Shown here: positions 1 through 9,947 of the stretch, one piece after another
Layout of the letters: the number at the start of each line of letters is the position of its first letter
How positions within the stretch are numbered: position 1 is the stretch's first letter
NCBI GenBank assembly: GCA_001642005.1
Contig: LWCA01000182.1
Location: 1 to 43,515 of the forward strand
Direction of reading: 5' to 3'
Source of the DNA: Intoshia linei
Lineage: Eukaryota > Animalia > Orthonectida
DNA length: 43,515 bases
Notes under the pieces: model-generated
The model's database searches: none
What the model was told of the DNA's origin: nothing
The model's input: only the letters and a program-made list of their open reading frames with translations
Translations under genes and position numbers: made by a program

Positions 1-2
1 AC

Positions 3-104
3 ATTACAAATATAATGATGGCTTTGGATAAATCTAAGCCTCCTTCACTGTACAATAAATTAAGAAATGGACCATCAACATCTAATAGTATAGAGAAGTT
101 TTAG
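3..104 (+). CDS. Possible terminal exon of a gene entering from the left edge (ITNIMMALDKSKPPSLYNKLRNGPSTSNSIEKF*)
   Basis: Open frame from 3 to TAG 102-104, followed by AATAAA at 112-117; no recognisable homology. Confidence 0.3.
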   Translation: MTNIMMALDKSKPPSLYNKLRNGPSTSNSIEKF

Positions 105-417
105 TATGTTGAATAAACTCTTAACTGAACAAAGAAATTTTGCACATGACAATATATTTACAATAATATAAAGAAATATTTAATATTGTACCATAATAAA
201 GTATGAAATAATACTTTGTCTTATTTGTATGACTTTCCACGTAATAGTCACTTTTGTTAATTGATGAAACATGAATTTTACTGAAAACAGTTTATAAATT
301 TTTTAGTAATAAATAATTAGTAATAAAGGTTAATAAAGTTACAAATTTTTTTTTATAGGTTACATTTTTTTAATTTTATAGGTTATAAAAAGTTTGCCCT
401 AATTATAATATATTATT

Positions 418-732
418 TTAAATCACATTTTGTATTTTGTCTACAATACGAAATGTTAAACTATTAAATAAACAAGATGAAAATAAAAACCTAATTATAT
501 TCGGGCATACATTTACTTTTTCTTTAGTCTTATGCTCAAACCAATTTTGATATGCACTATTGCTTTTACAAATATTATTGGCAATTTCTCCTTGTAACCT
601 AGATGGCTTCGGACAATTATCATTTGTGATGCAAACGACCGGTTTATGTTCAAACCAAGAATTTTCTGTTCTGTTCTTTAACGCAGATTGTTGCGCTTCT
701 GGTTTAGTTCTAGGATGTAAAGTGGTAGACAT
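418..732 (-). CDS. Small uncharacterised protein with two internal repeats ending in WFEHK
   Basis: From ATG 732: HPRTKPEAQQSALKNRTENSWFEHK and PSRLQGEIANNICKSNSAYQNWFEHK. The protein-level repeat supports real coding. The 3' end may be spliced (GTAAAT donor near 516). Confidence 0.5.
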   Translation of the reverse strand: MSTTLHPRTKPEAQQSALKNRTENSWFEHKPVVCITNDNCPKPSRLQGEIANNICKSNSAYQNWFEHKTKEKVNVCPNIIRFLFSSCLFNSLTFRIVDKIQNVI

Positions 733-2695
733 TTTTTCAATCGAATCAAAACAAACAATGCTAGGACACAATAAACAGGCGAAATATATTTTAATTAAAT
801 TTAACAAAATTTATAGGCAATCCCTAAACATTATAAAATTAAAATTTAAAAAAATCAATACAGGTAACAACCGAGAATAGTGTAGAAACCAATGTCATTG
901 TTACCAAAAAATAATTGTGATCTATAAAAAAGCTTTTGATCCAAGAATAATTGATTATTTGCTAAAGAATTAGTAAGCTTGATGAAAAACTTTCTTACTA
1001 TTCCAATAATCCAACTGGTTACATATGCATATAAAATTATCAAAAACAAAATTAGTATTGAAGCCACTAATCTTTCTTGCACCATTAAATTTACATTTTG
1101 TGTATACAAGTAGCCATGTAAATATTATATGACGAGTAGATAGTCTCGATTTTAATATACACTTTTTAGTGATAAAATCTGATTGTGAATAAGATGAAAT
1201 TAAAAAATATTTTTACATGACATTTTGAGTGCGGGAAAAGGTATATTTTTTTATTTGTAGAAAACTAATCAATTTAAAATTTGTAAATGTTTCAAAGACT
1301 ATATCAAATATCAGTGATTCATAAAAATACATAGAAATATTTTGTACATTTGTATGTGTTCTATTTTGTATTTATAAATCATCACTGATGATTAGGGCCA
1401 TTTTTTTTAACCCATAATTTAACTCATAAAATTTATTTCACTTTATTAACCTATAATAAAAAAATTTTACTATACCTCATATAAAAAATGTACACAGGTT
1501 CAATGTTAGTATTAAATATAATGGAAAATAAAATTTTTTATTTCAGTAATGAAAATGTAATTTAAAATAATAATTATTAAATTATAATTAATATTAACAT
1601 GTTAATAATAATTATTTGAAGAAAACAGATATCATTTCTAATATCAGCATGAAATTTATTGCGATCTGTGATCGCAAAAATGTTCTATAAAAATAGACAA
1701 ATATTAAGTGTCGCATAAAATAAGATATTTTCAACATTATCTAAAAAAAATATCTTTGCTTTGTCACAAGTTTATTCAGTAAACTGAAACTTCTTTCACA
1801 GTACAATTGAAATTGACGGGGAATTCCTTAGAAAATAATATAATGATGGAGGTTTTGATTAATCAATATCTAACACAATGATGAATATGTCGTTTATTTA
1901 GATGTTAGAAAATTAATTTATATTTATGATTCTTTCAAAAATAGATTTTAGAGCTATAGAGATAAAATTTTTATTAACAGAATTTTTGCTTCATACAAAT
2001 TTGTGAAGAAAAAATAAATAATGAAAATTTTAGAAAATGATCGCTTTATTTTTCAAATTGAGCATTTTAAAACATTTTTAGTCTAAAAATATCTAAAATT
2101 TATTTAAAACTATTTTGTTCCAAATTTAAACTGTTCCTATATAAGTTTAGATTCTAAACCGTGGAAAGGTGGATATTGCTATATAGTAGGGGTTCCCACA
2201 TTTTTTTCATGTCGGACCTGTAATAAATGATAAAAGTCATTGGTAGTGATTGTGATTTCCCTGTGATTTGATTTGGAAAAAGGATATTTTTCCATTAAGG
2301 GCTGGAAAATTTGATTTTTTATTTGTGGTTTGATAAAGTGGATTTTTTTCATAAGATTTGGTAAAATCGGATCTTTGAAAAGAATATCAGTGTAAGAAAA
2401 TCTTTCCATGAGGGCTTGAAATGGTATTTTTAATTAAATTTTATTAGTGGAGGGATTTTTGAAATGGTAAATTTTAAATATTATAATATGATTATATTTT
2501 CATAGTAATAATAAACATAAATCAAATACAGGTATGTCTCAATTTTTTTCGGAAAATCATAAAAATCCCGGAAATTATTAAATATCCCGGTTTTTTCCCG
2601 GTCCAATCACTAGTCATCGGGGACCATTAAAATGAAGTACTAGACAACATTAAAAAATTGATAAAAAACTTAAATAAATTAAAAGATTATAAAAA

Positions 2696-4302
2696 TTAAG
2701 ATTTATTACACAACTCTGAAAAGATAACATCCAATACTTTTTGAGAAGTAATAACATCAAAAAAATCATTTGTATCTTCATTTGGGGTGGATTTGGTATA
2801 CTCTTTGTATTTATAACTTTTAGAAGAGAAAAACATTTGTAGTTTTGTTTTCATACCGTCGAAACCTTGCAATTTTTTGAGAAACAAAGCAGAGTGTTCA
2901 ACTCCATTATTATTCAATTCAGATTCATCTTTAGTAATTTTTTCCAAAACACTTCTCCATTCAGAATTTACATTAGTTTCAATATTATTTTCATGTTGGT
3001 TGTTTAAAACAATTTCTACAGCTTGTGTCATAATATCCATTGCACTCTTAATCTTATCTGCATTGCAAACCTAACATTATAGATTAAATTTCATTTTAAA
3101 ACCTCCTCTTCATCGAAAGGTTTAATTCCAAATTCATTATCATTTTCGTTATAAAAAATGGTGACAAAATATTTTACAATAGATTCGTAGACTCGGCTAA
3201 CGTCGTCCAATTTACCCTACTAAATATGTACATTTACAATCAGTAACTAACCACATCAACCCATGTATTGATAGTAAATGAAAATTCTTCACTAATGACA
3301 AAATGCCACCAACCACGAGGGACATATAAAACGTCCCCGGCTTCAAGTACTACATAATGAGGTGAGCATTTCTATAAATAATAATGAGTAATGAAATAAA
3401 TGTAATGCATAGTAAAAACAAATAAATATACATTCAATGAATCAACATCTTGTAAAGTTGGATTGAGTAAATTAATTTTGGAATAAATGCTAGATTCTTC
3501 ATAATTTTTTCTGGATGGTTTAAGATATTTGTCATCTTGAGGTGGAAATAAAATCCAAGTTTTTCTAAATAATGTAAATAAAATGAAAAAAAGTAAATAA
3601 AAGAATTAATAAATTTACCTTCCAAAAATCTGAATTACTAAATTGTAACCATAAGAATCTCTATGTAAAGGAGTATAAGATCCGCGACTTCCAATCCAAA
3701 ATGTCAATTCTTCATATCGATCTTTTTCAAAATGAAGGCTCTTCCAATTCAGATTCTTAATTGTTTTGTTTTAGAATTTTTTATCAAAAATCGTATAAGC
3801 GTATTTACCTGAGAAGTTATTGACTTGTTCAGGGTACATCAAAGTTCAATATACAATGTGATTTGTAGATTGTATAATGTCAATTTTAAAATGTTAATAT
3901 TACTTAAAATTTACCAATTTTGCAATTTGTTTAGGTTCAAAATAATCTGGAACTCTATTATACGCAGAATATGCCCAATATTTATCTGAAGAAAATTTTT
4001 CAATTGTCTTTGAAACGTTTCTTTAATTTTTTATAATATTAATTATTTACAATTACTTTGATTCATTTAACCAATCTGTAAATTCTTTAAATGTTAAATT
4101 AACAATTACAGGGTTTACATGTTCCCATTGGACATCTACAAAAGTATAAATAATACATTTTAAAAAAAAAGTTGAACTAACCCTCGCAATCAAGTTTTCC
4201 AATTCTAAATGGAAATTTAGAATTTCCACACATTTGAATTATTTCCGCATGATTAAAATGAAAAGTTTTTGAAAATTTCTTGTACAATAAAGGACTAGAC
4301 AT
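2696..4302 (-). CDS. HSPBAP1: HSPB1-associated protein 1 (JmjC/cupin-8 domain), multi-exon
   Basis: Spliced translation gives YWAYSAY, TFWIGSRGSYTPLHRDSYGYNLVIQIFGRKTWILFPP, NYEESSIYSKINLLNP and LEAGDVLYVPRGWWHFV...TINTW, matching HSPBAP1 motifs with the HxD...H Fe(II) ligands intact. GT-AG introns keep frame. Confidence 0.9.
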
Positions 4303-4389
4303 GGTATCTAATAAAATAAATAATTTTAATTATCGTTACAATAGTTACGTACAAACTACAAAACATTGATTTATTTCATATTTCAGTGA

Positions 4390-4896
4390 ATGTACCAAGT
4401 TAAAAGACGAAGAGGAAAAAATGATAAACAAGAAAGACGTATCCCGCGTAGCAAATCAATAATAACGCAACGACAAGTCCTAATAAAAAAAATGCAAGAA
4501 ATTAACAAATCAAATTTTTCCAAACAATCGTATGTTTTTAAAATTGAAAAAAATAATTTTTTTTATTTTCAATTAAATTGATACATTTTATAAAACTTTT
4601 AGAAATACCTTACCAACTGTAACAAATTATGGAACTAATAGTGGAAAGGGTTAGAATAACCACCCATTTATATTTATTTTAAAAAATTGAATGTCATCCA
4701 TTTAAATTTATTTTTAGATTTCGAAATCGATCTCAATCAAATACCTATTCCATCTGACACAAACAACATGACTGATAATATCGTGCCTAATTATGTTTTT
4801 GACAAAATTATTTCTAGTGAATCCGAATACGATCCATTAAATCCTACCTCAGATGGTGAATCCGATACCAAATCAACAAAATTAGAATATACATAG
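4390..4896 (+). CDS. Small three-exon orphan protein (about 120 aa; basic N-terminus, acidic C-terminus)
   Basis: Exons ~4390-4529, ~4603-4649 and ~4718-4896 join in frame through GT-AG introns: MYQVKRRRGK...QSNTLPTVTNYGTNSGKDFEIDLNQIPIP...EYDPLNPTSDGESD...*. Confidence 0.6.
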
Positions 4897-4913
4897 TATC
4901 ATTTATTAAATAT

Positions 4914-6138
4914 TCAATACCAATACGTTTTTTGCTTTTTTCTATCTTCCTTTATATTATAATGCTCCATCAAATCTTGTTCAAATGTTTTCAAGTTTGG
5001 TTTGTAAGTTATTTTTGAAAGTTGGTAATTTTTTGTGTCTTTTACAGGGTTTTCTAAATGAGGTTGGAATTTTTTTTTTAAATTTACCTGTGTACTCTTG
5101 AGGGAGTACAAAATCTTCAGTCATGGTTGCTTCTACAGGTAATGGAATTTCTATTCCAGATTTATCAGAAATCCTTATCTTTACGCCATTTTTATCGTAT
5201 ACCCATTTTACTTCCGTTGGCAATCTAAAAAATTTAATTAAACTACAAAATATATTTAAATGTTTTATGACAGATTGTAAATCCTTGTCAAATATAAATT
5301 GAAGTGGACAAGATTAAATTGTCACAAGGGATGTTCCCGTCAAAAATTCTTGTTGCTCACCGATTCTATATAAATACTTAAAGGTGTATAAAAATATTTA
5401 TTCTACCATTATTTGTACCCGACGAATTCTCTAAATCGAACCAAAGATTTGGAGATTTAAATTGTCCCATGAGACGGAATATTTTTTTAATTTTAAGTAA
5501 AAAACTCTACAAACCTACTTCAATATTTTCAAAAATGACTCTTGAAATTCTTTAAATTCAATTGAAGTGTAAGACGAAAATAGAAAATTACGAATCAAAT
5601 GGATCTACTAATTTGACTTGATAAGGATATAATAATGGCCTTTCATCAACTAAAACTCTTTTTCCAGATACATCGCTTGTAATTTCACGTCTCTAAAATG
5701 ATTTATGATTTTATTTACATTTAATTTAATTTTAATATAAAAAATAACCAAATTTAAAGATTCTACAAAAACCCAGTTTCTTTCCTTTATAATGCAATTA
5801 ACTATACCAATTTTCCCTTCGTCTTTTCCTGTCATAATCATAACCTGTAGTTATAAAATTATACATTTATTCTTAATATAAAAAATTAAAATTACTCTAT
5901 CACCATTAAAAATATTCCAATTTTTAATTTTTTCGACGTGAATAGATTCTATAAATCTTTTACGGTGTTTACTCCAAACTATTTCGTTATTTTTCCTAAA
6001 TTGAGTAGTCCACATTCGATTTTCATCAAAATAAAGAGGTCGTTTTTTTGTTTCTACCCATCCTCGTATAGGTTTCCAAACACGACGCATTCTTCCTCCA
6101 TAGAGCATTCTTTCAATATATCTTTTGAAGTACCTCAT
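4914..6138 (-). CDS. MRPL24: Mitochondrial ribosomal protein uL24m, 5 exons (introns 5845-5895, 5693-5748, 5225-5591, 5054-5087)
   Basis: KOW motif WNIFNGDRVMIMTGKDEGKIGIV...ERNWVFVESLN, ERPLL...VKLVDP, EVKW...G.KIRIS..SG.EIPLP, and the diagnostic C-terminus Y.P.LKTFEQDLM..Y.IKEDR...TYWY*. Confidence 0.95.
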
Positions 6139-6163
6139 TGAAAAAAAATGTAACTTTATTTAA

Positions 6164-9100
6164 ATGAAAAATCAATTTTTAATTGTGGATCTTACGAAAT
6201 ATAAAATAAAGAATTTGTTTGAGCAGGGTATATAATATATTCAATTTATATTTTAATTGTTGAAATATTTACTGCACAGAAATTAAGAATTTCAAACAAA
6301 TTACAACGGATGCATACCAATGGAATTTGAAAACTAAATATTATAGTGCTAATATTGGTGTACAATTTATTTATCAACTCAAAAATTTTGAACAATCTCA
6401 AAATTTAACATGTGTAGCTTTTACTTTTCAAAATTTAGAGGTATTAATATGACTTTATTTTATGAGACATTTTTAAAGGATTTTGAAAACACAAAAAAAG
6501 TATTGGAAAAAATTGATATTGAAGAGAAATTTATTCTACTTACTTTACAAAACTGTATTTATTATTATCTAAAGTAGTGCTACCATTGTGGTTCCTCTAT
6601 GCCTGTGATCTAATAATTTTTAAAAATGTGAACAATGTTCACTGAACATGCTTATTGATTTTCTCGAAATGCATTGTTACATTTTTAGGGGGTTTCAGTT
6701 TCAAATGTACACTGTAAATTTATATAGAAACAAAACTTTGAAATACTGTATTATTAATATTTGTAGAGTTTCATGCGTTTATATCTATATTTACGCAAAT
6801 TGCAATTATTTTATTAGGTAAAGTTACATTTGATTAATTTAGTCAACTTTGATGAGGTTAATGACTGGTGTGTATCAAACAAATATACTTATTTCCAAAT
6901 GTACAAAAACTCTGACGTTGGTTTGATTTTGATGACTTTATTTGAATTTAAAATTAGAATATGGAATTCCTGAAATGATACAGTCGTTAGAGGCAGTTCA
7001 ATGGAATACGTTTGATAAAACAGGTCTTTAAATTGTTTTATTGACCAATTTTATTTATATTTTTTTATTCATTACTGTTAGGCAAATGATTATGAAAATT
7101 ATGAAAAAAAATTCCATTAAAAATACTACAAAATTTTACTTTTAAAATTTATAATCAAAATCTTTAAAATTTGGATGCAAAAAAAATCCCTTAAAAATCC
7201 TACCAAATTTTGGGTCCAAATATGTCTATAAAATCTTTAAAAATTGATGAAAAACAAAATAAACAAAAATTTTGTGAAAGTCATAATATGATAAATTATT
7301 AAAATTGATCATTTAATTGTTTTTGATTTAAAATTCAAGATTTAAGATGTGTAGCTCAAATGAATGTTCGCCCTATCAAACATAACGTGATTTTCCCGTT
7401 AATTGTCGAATTTACATATCCTTACTTATATAATAGATGCGCAATATTTGTTTGTGTGTGTTACCGTTTATTTCAATAACTATAGTCTTAGAATTTTATA
7501 AAGTCCACATTTCAATTTAGTTTTTTCCAGGGGTGTTAGCAGAATTATTATAATATAATTATAATGTTGTCTAATTATTATTAATTATTTTCCAAAAAAA
7601 TATTAGTAAAAGGAGATTTTTCAAATTTATTTTAAATCAGATTTTTTCTTATGAAATCAGTCAGAAGAATTATTGATCTAAAAATTTGGTAAAATGGGAT
7701 TTTTCATAAAAATATTGGTAAAAGCGATTTTTTTCCTTAAGGGTTGGTAAAATTTGATTTTTTCTTTTGGAATTAGATAGGGTATTTTTATTCTAAAACT
7801 TTGGTAAAAATGGATTTTTAAATAAAATATTGATAAAAAGGGATTTCTTCCTTAAGGGTTGGTAAAATTTTGGTTTTTTCTCATAAGATTATATTAAATT
7901 GGATGATTTAATAAAATATGTTGAAAATTGTAGATTCGCCTACAATCATCTAAATTTTCGTATTCACCCCTTGGGGTGACCAGTCACCCCCATAAGAAGC
8001 ACTGCATTAATCCTATTATTGCTATTTATTATGATTCAAATAAATGACAAATATGGTGTTCATTTATATGAGTGAATTAAGGATTAATTTAATTGAAAAT
8101 TATTAATTAAAATTTAAAGAAAATGATTTTATTAGACCTAACATTTAGGTCCAGACTCTGGACTTCAGAGTAAACTTTCTCAATGTCGAAGTAAGTTTTG
8201 TGCGGCCGTAGTATCAATGAGAAAAGTAGCACTGTGGCTGAATTGGTGGAAAGGTGGTGCACCCCTGTGATAGAGCTTATTGTAATTGATATAAATACAA
8301 AATTTCAACCCCAGAAATGTGCACATTCCCGGTGAAAAATAATTTTTAATATACATATTTTGTATATGTTGTAATATTTTGACATATGTCAATAGAGATT
8401 GAATAACAGTCAATCCGGATCGGAAAACTTTATTATCAACCAATATTTTTCAAATATTACCATTAAAATAAAAATTGAAAATGTAAATATTGATTCTACA
8501 ATTTTAAAAAAAATGTGCATTGAATGTCTACACATTTCCAATAAAGAAATATGGGTGAAAATATATATAATTCCTTCCTTTGGAATTTTTTTATTGCTAC
8601 GCAATTTTGAATTTTTAAATTTCAAATTCTTATTTTCATAACATTTTGTATAAAATTATAAATTAAAACTACTACAACGACTACTAAAAGTAATACTTTG
8701 TTATTATCATTTTTATATTTATTACAATCTTTTGCAATATTGGTAAAATTCACTTGAAATATGTTCATAAAGTGCTGATTTCGTTAATTTATTAAATTGA
8801 TACTGAATATATATTACCACATAAAAATGACAAAATTATACACACATTCTGTCTAATAAATTAAAAAAATGGGATAAGAATTTTTTTTAAAACACTTTAC
8901 GCAAATATTACAAAAAAATTAATATGGAATAATTCACATTAAAGTAAAAAGTAATGTGTTATGACTGTTTTACTTGAAACAAGTTTGGGAACCACTCTTG
9001 AAAGGATTGATAATAGTGAATAGTAGGATTTTTAAGTTAGATTTTCAACATGAAGGGATTGATAATAGTGAATAGTAGAATTTTTAAGTTAGATTTTCAA

Positions 9101-9861
9101 CGTGAATTTTTTGATATAATAAAAATTGCCTTCAGCAGAGCTAGGTGATGTTTGTACGTAGTACATAACAGTCAGTCTAGTTGTATATAAATAAATAGTC
9201 TTCATGTTTTATTGAGATACAAAATGTTTCAAGTCTATCCATTAAATAAAATGTTGAGAGACACTATTGTAAATTTTAATCTATTTAGACACAAATGGCG
9301 CAAATGATTTGGAAACGTTCGGGGAAATGTTGTCTGAAGTTCGAAATACTAAATGTTTAATTTTTGTATATGATTTTTAATTCTATATAGACAAAGTTTA
9401 CAAAAATGAAACAGACAGAAGGGATCACGCTGAAAAGGTTATTTATTATTTTGGAATTATGTTTATCACATCAAAAACTGATATATACTGATCTCTGAAA
9501 AGTTATCTAAACCGACCATTTATAAAAATCGTATAAATGTATTTAATTTATCAATCTCTCAGAAGTTTTTATAGTTTTGAGACTAAAAATGAATTAAAAT
9601 TGGCTTCCCAAATATGCACGTTACGAACCTTAAATAGGAAAGAAAGTACTAATGACCTTTTAATTTTCTTATCCACAAATTAAAAATTTCTACTGTGAAC
9701 CATTGGTTCCACATTGGCAAACCATATAGTATATTAAAGATAAGCTTTGGTTTTCGCAAAAACATAACAAATATTCATATTGTTTGAATTAAATTTTTAT
9801 ATTTATTTAGACCGCTACAAAAATAATGAGTTATCTTGAAAATATCGACAATGATTTGTAA
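6164..9861 (+). CDS. AAGAB: Alpha- and gamma-adaptin-binding protein p34, multi-exon (not visible in ORF track)
   Basis: Spliced exons give YQWNLKTKYYSANI (cf. YPWTIDNKYYSADI), VNDWCVSNKY, YGIPEMIQSLEAVQW, LETFGEMLSEVR...DRRDHAEKTATKIM. First intron 6228-6279 keeps frame. Stop TAA 9859-9861. Confidence 0.8.
7685..7890. repeat. Degenerate ~30-bp tandem minisatellite (TTGGTAAAA..GGATTTT..)
   Basis: About 7 units visible; close copy at ~37155-37300 and a more diverged copy at ~2270-2465. Confidence 0.7.
9001..9104. repeat. 52-bp tandem duplication inside the Helitron
   Basis: AA(A/G)GGATTGATAATAGTGAATAGTAG(G/A)ATTTTTAAGTTAGATTTTCAAC(A/G)TG occurs twice. Confidence 0.85.
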
Positions 9862-9947
9862 AATAATAAACATATCTTTATTCTAAATTATTTTATTTCT
9901 ATTACTTTTAATTCTTATTATCAAATTCCTTTTTTGTATCAAAGTGA

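Larger units (their letters stand above)
7419..9180 (+). mobile_element. Non-autonomous Helitron in a large AAGAB intron
   Basis: 5' A|TCCTTACTTATATAATAG...TTTGTTTGTGTGTGTTACC; 3' hairpin TGTTTGTAC-GTA-GTACATAACA then GTCAGT-CTAG|T. Inserted between A and T with no TSD. Termini recur elsewhere in the window. Confidence 0.7.

Noticed and set aside
855-1109. 84-aa hydrophobic ORF on the minus strand
   Set aside because: No recognisable motif or convincing splice partners; hydrophobic ORFs arise readily in AT-rich DNA. Not excluded, only unsupported.
2179-2409. 76-aa ORF with roughly 10-aa periodicity
   Set aside because: The periodicity reflects the 30-bp minisatellite; the other copies have no comparable ORF in the track.
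8180-8641. Short ORFs at 8180-8641, 12734-13015, 13287-13499, 24342-24639, 36659-36883 and 37363-37566
   Set aside because: They lie within Helitron or MITE sequence and show no protein motifs.
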